Positions 1 through 12,333 of a DNA stretch of 64,000 nt are shown in pieces; positions within the stretch are counted from its first letter, which is position 1, and the number at the start of each line of letters is the position of its first letter. The translations under genes were made by a program, and so were the position numbers. The notes beneath the pieces were generated by a model that was not told the origin of the DNA, did no database searches, and saw nothing but the letters and a program-made list of their open reading frames with translations. Origin of the DNA: Auanema rhodensis (Eukaryota; Animalia; Nematoda); the NCBI GenBank assembly GCA_964057225.1, contig OZ059898.1, forward strand, positions 12,028,001 to 12,092,000, in the 5' to 3' direction.

Positions 1-515
1 ATGGCGATTTTGTTATTATCAATCAACAGATTCCTAGCGTTGTTTTCAATTTCCGGTTTGGCGGGGTTAATCAGCAAAGTGAACCCATTGAGCATCAAGC
101 GGTATGATAGTGATTCGTTGTCTTCTGCAATCCAATAAGAAAATTACAGATTGTGGAAAGACATGTGGTTCAACTACAGGATGCTGTTGACTTTGATCTT
201 CCAACTCAAAGATCAGCCTTTTTTTCATTGTTGAGATTCGCAGCATATGAGGCATTGGAATTAAATGTTCAGGTTTTTTTGTAACAAATTGAGTTGTAAT
301 TATGTTTTTGTCAAAACAGCCAGAAGAATTGAAAACTGTAGAAGGGGCTCTGAGATCCGCTCGTACTCTTCGTCTACCACCTTATGTAAATAAAGTTCTT
401 CCTGGAGAAATAACAAAAGTAAAATATCTTTATGTGTTTTTAATTTGGTTTGCAACTTCAGGTCCGCTGTTTGCCCAAAGGAACTAAGATACAATGTGTT
501 AAAATGGCGTTCTAG
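1..515 (+). CDS. 3' part of an unidentified multi-exon gene (5' end lies outside the window)
   Basis: Four exons (approx. 1-101, 150-272, 320-418, 462-515) joined by short GT-AG introns keep one frame: ...GGFVIINQQIPSVVFNFRFGGVNQQSEPIEHQA|IVERHVVQLQDAVDFDLPTQRSAFFSLLRFAAYEALELNVQ|PEELKTVEGALRSARTLRLPPYVNKVLPGEITK|VRCLPKGTKIQCVKMAF*. TAG at 513-515. Family not recognised. Confidence 0.8.
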
Positions 516-1190
516 ATAATTGAAGATGGTACGAGCTGCGTGTTGTGGCCTGAGAATCTTATTTTGGCTTCTACACTTCAGTGCAATGCCACATGTGTCC
601 TTATCGTTTTAGCCCCAGGGAAAGAAAATTGTGGTTATTTCTTTCACTTACCCGCTCTTCTTCTCTCTTTTTCAATTGTTATCATGATGTCTGTTGTAAT
701 TCTATTTCTGGGTTTTTGGCCTGCCCGATGTGGTCCGATTCTCAGAAACACTAAACACGCATTTCGAAGTCACCTCAACATGGATTTGTCAAATCACGAG
801 TATTTTTTAATATTTCTAATCATAGTGCCTTTTCTTTCTTCTTTACAACACCTCGTATGTATTTTGCCTTAGAAATGTGTTACTCACTTCCCGGGTTTCT
901 TTAATCGGTTATTTAGTTAGCTATAATCGGAAAAGTTTATATGCTGCACGGCTTTCACTGTTGCAATAACACGTCTCAATTGCTCACTGATGTTAAGAGA
1001 TTTAATGATTCGTATACGTTTTATTTATCTTGAAAATCTATTGGAATAATAAATTAATAAGATCATGGTTTATGTTTTTCTTTAATGTAACCGATGCGCT
1101 TCACCTCCGCCATCATGTTGTTCTTATCATTTTCCCTATTTGTTTGTTTCACTGCTCATAAAAATCTGGAAACTAATGTTGCATTCCGCA

Positions 1191-1197
1191 TTTTCAG
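1191..1197 (+). promoter_or_regulatory. Likely SL trans-splice acceptor (TTTTCAG) of the PS synthase gene
   Basis: Perfect nematode 3' splice consensus 5 nt before the ATG at 1203. The upstream gene's AATAAA is at 1048-1053. Confidence 0.6.
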
Positions 1198-1202
1198 TAA
1201 AA

Positions 1203-3097
1203 ATGGGGGATCCTCCAATTAGACGTCGTACAAAAGTTAGAGGTATCGCAGAAGAAACAGAAGATGACTTACGTGAGCAGCCTGGCGATAGAATTGGTGA
1301 TGCAAATACCACAGATGGGGAAGATTCTGTGGATAACTCGTGAGACTTTGCACGAAATTCAAAATCTGATTTTGCTACCTTCAGATTCTCAAGAAAGACT
1401 TCTCGTATTCGTAAACATCTAGAACGTGTTCACTTCCAAATGGTCAATGAGCGTGTTGTAGAAGATATTACCCTTGACGTATTATATAAACCTCATACCC
1501 TTACCATCTTAGGATTACTTTGTGCATTTTTAGTATACAAAGCTTTTACTGGGTATTTTTTAACGTGCATCCAATATGATTCAGTTTTGTTTTAGGCACA
1601 CTCGGAGTACTCCTGAAAATGTTTGTGATGGAGCTATGGGAACGCTTACCTTGTTTTTAGTTGTCAGTGCTTTAGCTTTTCCAAATGGGCCTTTCATTCG
1701 ACCTCATCCTTTACTTTGGAGAATTATCTTTGGTCTTTCTGTTGTTTATATGATGATCCTTCAATTTTCTCTTTTCCAAACCTATGATGATATCAAGAAA
1801 GTATTGTCCTGGCTTGATCCTGAAGGTTTGAGTCAAGTACATCTCGAAGAAAAGGTAATTATTTTTGTTGGAAAAGAAGAATTATATGTTTCAATCTAGC
1901 AATATGCTATCAATTGTTCTGAATTAACTGCTGAACGTATTTGGAGTCACATGGATATATTTGCTGTCGGACACTTCTTAGGTTGGGCAATGAAGGCTCT
2001 CCTTATCCGTCATGGTGTTATCTGTTGGTACATTAGTATTGCTTGGGAAATGACAGAGGTTTTAGTGCTATCAATAGTTGAAGTACAGCATACTTTGTAG
2101 GTGGTGTTTACACATCTACTTCCAAATTTTGCCGAGTGTTGGTGGGATGCCATTGTTTTGGATATTTTGCTTTGCAATGGTGTTGGAATTTGGTTTGGAC
2201 TTCAACTATGTAAATTCTTGGAAATGCGTCAGTTCCATTGGGAAAGCATCAAGTAACCTACTGAAGTATAAGTAAAATAATCAATTTTTGTTTAGAAATA
2301 TCAAAACCAATCGTGGTCGTTTCAAGCGAGCTGTACTTCAGTTCACTCCTGAAAGTTGGACTAAGGTTGATTGGTTTAATACCAATGCATTGAAAAGAAC
2401 GTTTGCTGTTTACTTGTTTGTGTTAATTTGGCTTGTAAGGAAAATATTGAATTTATATCCGAAATAACATTATCCTTCTAGTTAACTGAGCTGAATACAT
2501 TCTTCATGAAGCATGTGTTTTCGGTAGATACTAAGCATCCTGTGGTTTTCTGGAGAATTATCCTCATTGCTCTCATTTCTGCTCCATCTATCAGGCAAGA
2601 GAATCGTTCTGTGCTTTTTTTTTAATTTTTTACCGTTCTAGACAGTATTATCTGTATGCTACTGATCCATTGGTTAAACGATTAGGAATGCAGTGCTGGG
2701 TATATTTAGCTGTATGTGCTTTGGAAGCAACTATTTGTGTCAAATTTGGAAGACATATGTTCCCTAATATTTCGTTATGGCCATTTGTTGCTTGGATTAT
2801 TATTTTGGTATGTTCTACCTAATAGTTTATATATCAGTCTTGCCATTTATTTCAGGTTGTTGGAACATTTATTTCCGTTTGGATATCGGTATGGTGGGCT
2901 CAAGCCTCAAAGGTATTTGCTATTGAGCTCTCTTTTGCTATAATTTTGTGATTTTACAGAAAACTAAAGTTGTTAATATCGATGGAGTGAAACAAAATTA
3001 TTATCTTGATTCCTCCCATGAAAATTTAGGAGCTATTCATGAAGATGTAAGACGAAGAAGGAGATCTCTTGGATTTTCTGAATCGGATTACAATTAA
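1203..3097 (+). CDS. pssy-1: Phosphatidylserine synthase (PTDSS1/pssy-1-like), 10 exons
   Basis: Spliced translation gives PSS-family motifs: [123 protein letters not shown] at 3095-3097. One intron (2595-2641) is GC-AG. Confidence 0.95.
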
Positions 3098-3584
3098 GCT
3101 TCTCGAAAGTGCATAGATTTTATGTTTATTTCTTATCTTTCATATTTGAATTTGTGTGCTGTTTCATTTGCTCATCATATTGTTTTTTGAAGTGCTGCTC
3201 ACCGGTATGGCATATTTCGATCTAGCTAGCTCAGTTCATTCATGATCTAATAAAACATTCAAGTTGTAGTTTTGGTTTACATATTCTTTAGATAAAAATG
3301 AACAGATCGGACATATAAAAAACAATAAATATCAAGCTTAATTATTCGGGAACATATCATCGCTCCAAATTCACTATTTTATGAGTTTGTTATAAAACAT
3401 TCAAGTCGAGTAGCAACATTTCATGTGACACTAAACAAACTGCATTTTCACATGCACGTCTAAAGCTGTAAAAGTACGTAATTACGACCATGTTTGTCTA
3501 ATGCAGTATTCGTATTTTATAATTTGTTTTTTTTTATTCAACTCTTATTTTGTTATTTTATTTTGTTACTATTTACCTTTAAGA

Positions 3585-4571
3585 ATGTCGGAAGAAGCTA
3601 GCTCATCAGGATCATCTGGTAAATTGAGCTTTAACGAGAGATTCAGAAAACTTCACCAGCAAAGAGTATGTTGTTAAAGCAGTATTTATATTATTAAACA
3701 TATATACTTAAGGAATCTGCCCGTAAGGAAAACCAGCGACAGGTTGTTGAGGAAGACAGAAAAAGTAAATTACCAAAAAATCATGAAGCTAAACAAGCAC
3801 GTGAACAATGGGAGCTGAAAGAAATGGAAGACAGAAAGGTTTTTGCTTTGAAAATATTGTGTTTCTTTATTTGAAATTTTTAGAAAGCAGAAGAAGAAGG
3901 AGAAGATTATGATCGCATAAAATCATTAAATACACAAGCTGATATTGCCGATAGACTCGAAGGAAGTAGAAAACGTAAGAAGAACCCCGATCAAGGATTT
4001 TCATGTAAGTATTGTTTAACAACACGTTTTATTATGAAAGTTTAAATTTATTTATTCTGACTTTAATTGTTTAGCATACGAGGAAATGACTTTGAGACAA
4101 CATTCTCGTTTAACATCGAATATAAATCCGGATATGAAGTCTTATAAACAAATGAGAGCAGTTGTGTAAGTTTTCTGTTTCTAATTTCTTCAGGCGTATG
4201 ATATTATTTTTAGCGGTGAAGATCAGTTTTACCCAGGTGTTAATACTCTTATTCATGGTGCACATTATCCTACTCAAGCAGCCCTAGACCGCCTTGCTGG
4301 AGACGTTAAGGGACAGTAAGTTTTTTTAGAATCTTTTGAAATTTATTCTTGTATTACAGAGCTAAACGACGTGAACAATTCCATAGAAGACGCATGTTTG
4401 ATCCTGATGCACCAATTGATTACATCAATGAAAGAAATAAAAGATTCAACGAGAAGCTCGAGAAGTTTTATGGAAAATACACAGAAGATATTAAGGTCAG
4501 TTAAATATTTTTTAACTTATGTCTAAACGTTTTGTTTTCAGGAAGATCTTGAAAGAGGAACTGCTATATAA
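3585..4571 (+). CDS. syf-2: Pre-mRNA splicing factor SYF2 (NTC component), 7 exons
   Basis: MSEEASSSG...[15 protein letters not shown]...[25 protein letters not shown]...[53 protein letters not shown]. The C-terminus is the characteristic SYF2 signature. Confidence 0.95.
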
Positions 4572-4899
4572 TTTGAAATGTTGTATCTATAATATAGTTC
4601 CAGTTAACTATATGTTATTCGTTTAGCAATTTATAATCCATGTGTAACATTCTGTATTATTTTCCGTTATTCAGGAAAATCGTTCTGATTTATTCAGCAG
4701 CTTTTTTCTCAAGTATAAAATTCAAGTACATAAATATTTCATACAGTTAACCATACAGCTAAGTAAACCGACTACTTTGTAATAATACAGTAATTGCGAT
4801 TAGAATATTATTGTACGTTAATAAAAGTTTGTCTCTAAAGTTTGTAAATTTCTTTTCAAAATACATGAATTATTTGTAAAGAACATGTGATCCCACTTT

Positions 4900-6134
4900 C
4901 TATACCGCGCTCAGGTCGTCCTCACTGATACAGTACACCTGTTCCATGTTTATAAACAATTTGGATTGTGTAGATAATCCTGAATTTATTTTTTATTACT
5001 CATCTAAAATATATTCAAACAACCTATTGTATAATAATTTGAAGCCCATCTCTCACCACTAATAGAATCAAGAAACTGTTTGGCTCGTTGATTCGATGTA
5101 GGAATTCGAAATTGTATATTCACATAGCATTCTTGAAATCTTCCTTTTACAAGTTGAACCAGAAGTGCATGCGCTATTTCCTTTAATATGCAAATACAGT
5201 AACTTTACTGATATATGGAAAAGACCTGGCTTTTTCCATATAATGGGCCAATGAATAGCTGTCCATGAGGCAATAGTCTTGCTGTTCCTATACCAACAAC
5301 GGTATCTCCTTCAAGTGCGATCTAATAAAAATAAAAAACTTAATTCCTTTTCGATAACTCAAGAAATCACTTTCGTGTCTGCACAATCTTGAGTTAGGAA
5401 AAACTTCATGAAGCTTGAACGATCTAAATCGTGAAATCCATTATCGTAGTGCAATACCCGCTGTAGAATACTATCCGCAAAATTAACAATTCGAATTGAA
5501 TCTTGAAGTTTGAGATCTTTTATTTTCAAATGAGCTGGATTAACCTCAAAAGAATATTTAAATCTTATGGAAAGAACAATGAAGCTATACTTCATAGTAT
5601 CGAAATTTCCATTCAGTAGCAATATTGAAGTTGTACCGCATACGATATTTGTCTATCATCGTCCAGGCTACAAGTTTTCACATAAGAATAAGCTACATGA
5701 AGCTATATTCTAAAAACTTACACGAGTTTAAATATAGATTATCTGTTTTCTTATCAGTAATCATTTTCCGAAACAGTTCATTACCAATACCATTTCCTCT
5801 ATATCTTTCGATAACATAGAAAAAGCCAATGAATGTCGTTTGCTTTGAAGAATGACGATGTGAATATGTTGTTGAACAAATGCACCCGATTGGAAGAAAT
5901 GACGAATCAAATGCAACTAATATTTCAAATCTTTTTCCAAAAGCTCTTCTCCATAGCTGCAAATCTGTGGTGGACATTGACCAATAGTCTGATTCATAAG
6001 CCTGAAACCGTGAAAAACTGACTGATTGTACAAGAATACTTCCACCGATCAAAGATCCGATCAAAAATTCTTACAGATTGAATCAAACTGGACCATATTT
6101 CTCTAGAAGGATTTCGGTGATACGTTACTTCCAT
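4900..6134 (-). CDS. GNAT-family N-acetyltransferase (nematode tandem-GNAT type)
   Basis: MEVTYHRNPSREIWSSLIQS|AYESDYW...FIGFFYVIERYRGNGIGNELF contains the acetyl-CoA motif A (R-x-x-G-x-G). The second half has DRSSFMKFFL...VVGIGTARLLPHGQLFIGPLYG...VYCISEDDLSAV*. A TTTCAG acceptor lies 48 nt upstream of the ATG. The last intron boundaries are approximate. Confidence 0.85.
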
Positions 6135-7382
6135 ATATGCTCATATGTACTACACGCTTGACATGAGCCAGAAAGGTGTATTCTGAAAAGAAACGAATAA
6201 TAATTTAGTTAAAACATAAAATTGAGTTACAAATGAAAAATAAAATTGAAATTGATTAGACTCGTGAGCTACTGCTCACCAAGTTACCTAAATGGTGACG
6301 GTGAATCCGGATTGCTGGTATGTGACTGGTCATGCCGAGGAAGACAACAGGAGATCGGATTTCATACCTCAACAATACTTTGAAGAAAAGAAAATAATCA
6401 AAAACAGTGATGGAATTGTAAATACTAGAAATAACGACATTTTCTTATACCTTCCAATACAACTTGTTTATTCAACGTTTCAGAAGAAAAATACTCTAAT
6501 TTCGATTTTTCGTAAAATTCATTCTCATTTAAACTATGAAATAAAGAAATAATTCTGGCATTACCAAATGCTCTCAATATAATTAATATTTTCTCATTGG
6601 CGTATGAAATACAATACAATATTAGAATTACACATCCGTCTAGTTTTCTCCAACCAATATGAATCAGCTTTCACATTTTTTGGTCACCTAAAATGAGACT
6701 GAGATAAAAAAGAAATTAAAGAACTCAATATACTATAAAAGACAACCGTTTTTTTATATTTGTTTAATATGAAATAGAATTACTTTCAAAATAAAGTACA
6801 TATGGTCACGTGTAATACGTGAACATGTGTATTCAGTACAAGTTGAAATTATTCTAATTCTTTTGGAAAACTGGGATATATGTAATAGAATTGTGTTAAT
6901 TATCATTATAATTAGTAAAACTTCATGATAATATAATTCATATATTATTTAATATTCACACAAAAATCGTAGTTCAACCCTTTTGTTGCTATGTAATACT
7001 ATAAATCAATCGATTTTCCATAATTCTTTCCTGATGTTTGCAGCTATGAAAGTAATGGCCAATGATCCATGATACCATGTTTGTGTGCAAAAGAAAACAT
7101 TCTTATACGCGTTTGTTAAACATTCGGCTTGGCTCAACTGACCTGCTTACAGATCAGTTGCCAGCATACAATTCTTTCTATTCTATCTACGTTCTCTTAT
7201 CGTATACACTAACATATACATCTTTTATTATATAGAAACGATATAACTACACACATTGTAAGAGAATCAGAGTATTAGTTAGAGATAGCTCACTCACGTT
7301 GTTGATGCGTTGAAGCAGTGCTTTAGCCTTTTCCATGTCCATTTCTTCTTATCAACTCATTCCTAATGGTAGCGCTTGATCA

Positions 7383-8615
7383 ATGAATAGTTTTGAATTT
7401 TTGAGGTATTTCTTATTAATTTATTTTATTATTAAAAAGATTTTCAAAAATAATTTAATTTTTTTAATAATTAATCTCTCTGTTGATTTTTTTTACTCAA
7501 AGTAAGTTTTTAGAGCACAATTCAATACCAAAGATTATAATACCTACATAGATATAGTTGTAGGCGACATTTTGAAAGTATCAGGAAAACAGGGGTTCGC
7601 TTTCTTCATTATTTTTGAAATTGTTTAATATATATTCTTTTAAAGAAATGATTTATTGGTTCAAAATCTGAGAACTGCGAAGGAGGGCTTGGCTCCTCGG
7701 CGTTCTGAAGCATTCTATGTGGATGTTAAGAGAGAGCCAGGTTTGATATTCACCAATTTACCTAATTTACATATTGTCTTATATGTATAGTTAGTTATGT
7801 ACAGCCTGTAATATTGATGGGAAGTCTTGCGGGAGTTATGATCGATCTATTGATTCAAAGAGAGCCACAACTGTTCAATACCCCTGTACCTCGTATGAAC
7901 TATTGTACTTACAAATAATTTTAATTATATAATTAATTTTAAGATACAACAAGAATTAGAAGAGCTCACGAGAAAGATGGATTTCATTACTTTTTCGTTA
8001 AGCAAAATACAATGGAACAGGTATGCAATTAAGCCTTTCATTAACATTTCATGATCATTTCTATAACAGATGCTGAATTGTGGAATTTTTGTGGATTGTT
8101 ACGAAGTATCGGGGTATCTTTATGGAGTTAGTGAAGCTTCTATTCGTAAAATTGCTCAAAAAGAGGTTACACTCTTGCTAAATTATCTAATTTCACCAAA
8201 AATATTTAGAGAAAACATTGCGTTCTCGAAGAAAATACCGAAGTTCCTCGGCTTCTTCATAGAAAAATTCATCCAATCGTCATTTATGTCAGTGCCAGCT
8301 CATGGGAACAATTAAGGTTTTTTGTTCCGTTTTTTGACAGATCATGCAATGAATGTTTCAGTTTATTCGGATATTCCGAAATTGAAGCCAAGTCAAAAAT
8401 AACCAGTTCAATTGCGGTGTATGAGAAAAATCTCCCATATTTTCATGGTGCGCTTTTCAATTTGTCAATTTTTGTACGTCACGCAATTTATAATTCCAGC
8501 TGTTGTACAAGAAGCATCAACGGAAGAAACGTATCATCGCCTTCTCGATGTTATACGTCGTTCAAGGAACGACTGTTGGTTGCCAAAAGTTGTTGAGCGA
8601 ACTCGTCTGATTTGA
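7383..8615 (+). CDS. Short MAGUK-like SH3 + guanylate-kinase-like protein (DLG-type C-terminal module, no PDZ), ~260 aa, 9 exons
   Basis: SH3-like part: MNSFEFLRAQFNTKDYNTYIDIVVGDILKVSGKQGNDLLVQNLRTAKEGLAP. GK-like part: YVQPVILMGSLAG...FNTPVPHTTRIRRAHEKDGFHYFFV...YLYGVSEASIRKIAQKERKHCVLE...HPIVIYV...AVVQEASTEETYHRLLDVIRRSRNDCWLP. All intron phases are consistent. Confidence 0.85.
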
Positions 8616-10341
8616 TCTGATCTGATCTCTAGAAAGATTGTACTAAGCATATGTGTGTGTAGCTATTCACAATTCTTGCCCATTTACGCATTCCGGACAC
8701 GTATGTTCATTATAATTGAACGAACAATATTCTTAAATAGATTTAAAAAGCATACAGCTTGATATGTCTTTCAAATAAGTTTTACTTTAGTGTAGATTAA
8801 AGTGTTAAAATGTTTTTTTTTTTTGTTTTTTTTTTGTGATGAAAAAGTAATGATAGTTCCATTGACAATCGTAATAAACTAATGGAACAGGTAAGGGAAG
8901 GTATTAAATTCGGACATATCAGAAAAACAAACGTATTACTGTTTAGATTGTACTATAGAAGAAGCATTAATGGAGCGTTCATTGTCTTAGAATGTTTACC
9001 GTCGCACTCAATTCTAAGGAAAGTTCCCCATTTTTTTGGTTTTGACCAACTGGAACATGATTGATTTCGTAAACAGGTGAAGATTCGGCGAACAGTATCT
9101 ATTTCGAATGAGGCGAAAAAGGCTTTCGCTCTTCATATCCTTTTTCATTCTTTTTTTAGTTTTTTAGAGAAATGCCGTCATTTTTCTATGAATGACAATG
9201 ATAATCCAATACTGGCCTCGTCACTTATCACACTTAGGTGTTGATTCTCATCCATTGAACAGGGTTCGAGTTGAAATAGCTTCATCGACCATAAATCAGT
9301 TTGAAAGAACAAAGCATTTTCCTTATATAGATTCCCTTAACGTACATATATCTTTCAATGATGTTGATATGTGATGTAATGCTTGTTCAACTTGATGTAG
9401 TTGGTGAAGGTGTTAAGTGTAAAGTATAGCCTGTGGCTATGAATAACGCAACAGCAACACTAAGAATCTGTGACCTTCTTACAGCTTGACGTCACAAGGA
9501 CACGTAAAATAGATCATTTCTATGAAATGAAGACAATGCAATCATTGACATCATAACGGCAAAAGAGAAACAAGCAGTTTTTTTGTATTAGAGAGGCTAA
9601 TGTTATTGCCTGAGGCTGAGCTTCTGAAAAGAAAGAGAATAAGAAGAATGAGAATGCTACTATGTTTGGTGACATTGATGCTGACGATGAAAAGAAGAAA
9701 GAGATGTTAACTAATGATGTTGAATATCATAATGACAATGTGTGCTTACATGAACCATAACCTTTTCTAGCAAACATCTTCATTCGGTGTTGCTTCGTGT
9801 TCTGCTTGTGTTCATAACCGGACAACATGATTAGTTTCGAAGAGTATAAGATGTGTGTTCTAAAAGGAACATCAGTCCATGAAATGTGTTGTGATCTACA
9901 TGCGTATGTGTATATCCCATTCACTCTCTCCCAATATACTTATGAAAATGAAATATGTCTGATGGACAAAGAGAAAGATAGAATAAAACAGATTCATTTT
10001 TTTTTTCTTGATGATCCATACAAGTATATACGGCAAATGAAGAGAGGACAGTCGGCAAAATGTACATGACAACACTAATCAGGAACGGCAATCAATTAGT
10101 TACAGACGACAATGGAACAACGAAACGATAAAAAGCCATCTAGGATTTATTGTAATAGATTTTTGAAGAGTTTTGAGGAAAAATCGTAAGGATGAGTAGC
10201 TTGTTTAGTACCCGATCACAAAATTTGAATATAAGCACTTTCTATAGAAGAAAGTTCAAGTCAAATGGTTATATTAGGACTGAGAGTCGTCGTTCCGGCT
10301 TAGAAATGTAAAAGGAATTTAACGAGCATTACGACTAGAAT

Positions 10342-12333
10342 TTAGTTCTGTTGGGAGACAGTGGCATAGATCCAGTGGCATCCGATCATACCATCCTTGG
10401 AATCGTGAAGTAAGTCATTCATGATCTTAGGGTCGATGTTGTTGATTGGGCGATCGAAGATGCGAGCAGCAATGACGAGTGGGATCTCCTAAACATATAA
10501 ACTATGAACTTTGAAACTTATCCGATAATATGCTTAAAAATAGAGAAAGTAATAAGAAACGTACACCAGATCTGGCACGGGAGCTGACAAACAAGTCCCA
10601 GAGTTGTTCAGCACGGCTGGCATTCTAAATAGTTAAATTAGGAGTTGTTTCATATATTGGTAATGTACTTTGTCCAAGAATGGAAGAAGTTCATTCTTAG
10701 TTGGTAAGCAGACACGAAGACTGAGATCGTCGTAGTTTCCACTGGGCAATCCCTAGAATCAAATATATGAGCGCAATGGTGTAATGTGAAGGTTTCTTGG
10801 TGCGCCAGTAGTGTACAGGGTTCAATTCCTGCCAAAGGCTTGTGAATGAAGATAATATGTTAGGGACATCTGCATATCCCATGAAGATTTAACGATAGTA
10901 GTTCGGACACAATGTTTTGTTTTCAAGAGTTTTGAATGTCAAACCTGGCTTGAGCATTGAGCTGGCTTATTTCCCTTGAAAATCTGTACAAAGTTCTTGA
11001 GGGAACCTCCCATGGTCTGGCAGATGTCGCAATGTACACTTAAAATATTTTTTCTTTTTCTTAGAAACTATATTAGGAATCTGCTTACCAGGATCCAATA
11101 CCTCCACATCCGTTGGCATCAGCGTTTACGCATCTCTCTGGCTTTCCGCGGATTCCAATTCTGGTCTCAAGATGAACGTAGTATTTCTTATCTCCAGAAA
11201 GTCCAGCTCCAAATACCTTAACCACATTTACATGAAGAATAAACTAAAGAATTACGTGAACAGTACCTCAACGTTTCCTCCACTCATACGGAAACATTTG
11301 TGTCCCTGAGCATTAGTCTCCTCCTGGAAATCAACTCCGGCAGTTTTGTATGAAGGGAACTTGATTAGAAGATTCTCTTTCTTAGGTCCTTAAATTTTAA
11401 TTTTTAAATGTGTTAATGTGATGTTCTAAAAATAGATATCATCTGGTTGTCATGTGCTTCATCAAATCAGAAAAACCCCAGTAAAAATTAGAAAATCTGC
11501 ATACAGATAGATGTGTGTAAGACGATGTTCTTCTCATTGAGCGGAACAGGTCTCATCTTTCTGTCAACTTCCTTGCAATCAAGGACATTTAATATCGATT
11601 GATTCAATCTTAATTACTCTTCATCTCTTTCTTCTGATTCTTTCCCTCTCTCTCTCATATTCTTTCACTCTCTCTATCCTTTTCACTCTCTTTTTGTTTT
11701 ATTCTGTTTCAATCTCTCCTTTCCTTTCTCTTATACTGCCTATAGTAATCCATGTTATCAAGAAGTTCTTCACCGTTCTCTCGACATGAATGAATCAGTT
11801 TTTTCATCGTTCTCAGAATTTGATCTAAGAACAAGTACACAACTTCAAGAAATCCGCAGTCATTAAAGATGAAAAAGAAAGAACTTCAATAGTTTCAAAG
11901 AATGGGTTCAATAAAATCTTGATTTCGAAATATTGTATGAATGGCCAGGTTAATGCCATCACAACGTCACAATCAAAATAGAATTATCGAGAAAACTGGG
12001 CATCAATTAATCGCTGACTTTGACTGATCTCATTCTTCTATTAATAAGTCAGGTAATCGAACTGATAATCTGTTACCACAAATGTTTGAGAACTCACAAT
12101 TTCATTTAAATGTGGAATATGTAACGTGATTACAACAAAGTATTCATAATGTTTGGAAAGACTTTGAACTATCGTGATATAATGTTTGATAAAGATGATT
12201 TTTAAAGAAAAAATGAAGACAAACCTGAATTAGCAGAACATGGGAAATGTCTCTCAATACGGACGTTTATTTCTCCAGCATAGGTGAAGCTAATTAAGAG
12301 CAAGCTGGCCACTAGTTTCCACACCGAAGTCAT
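10342..12333 (-). CDS. Secreted Cys-rich protein, paralogue A (possible GM2-activator/ML lipid-binding fold), 7 exons
   Basis: Signal peptide MTSVWKLVASLLLISFTYA. Motifs RHFPC, KCFRMSGG, PERCVNADANGCGGIGSCVHCDIC, YDDLSLRVCLP, MIGCHWIYATV; TAA at 10342-10344. Fold assignment is inference. Confidence 0.9.
10770..10841 (+). pseudogene. Decayed tRNA-like element (pseudo-tRNA or SINE head) in an intron of paralogue A
   Basis: A-box-like TGGTGTAATG at 10777 and B-box GGTTCAATTCC at 10819-10829 with tRNA-like spacing. The stems do not close properly, so it is not a functional tRNA. Confidence 0.35.

Noticed and set aside
6292-6552. ORF MVTVNPDCWYVTGHAEEDNRRSDFIPQQYFEE resembling the second half of an SH3 domain upstream of the mini-MAGUK
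   Set aside because: There is no N-terminal SH3 half and no splice path joining it to the 7383 gene. It may simply be promoter/5'-UTR sequence of the GNAT gene.
9480-9924. Minus-strand donor/acceptor signals and short ORFs between the MAGUK-like gene and paralogue A
   Set aside because: Splicing them creates immediate stops, and no coherent protein results in any frame.
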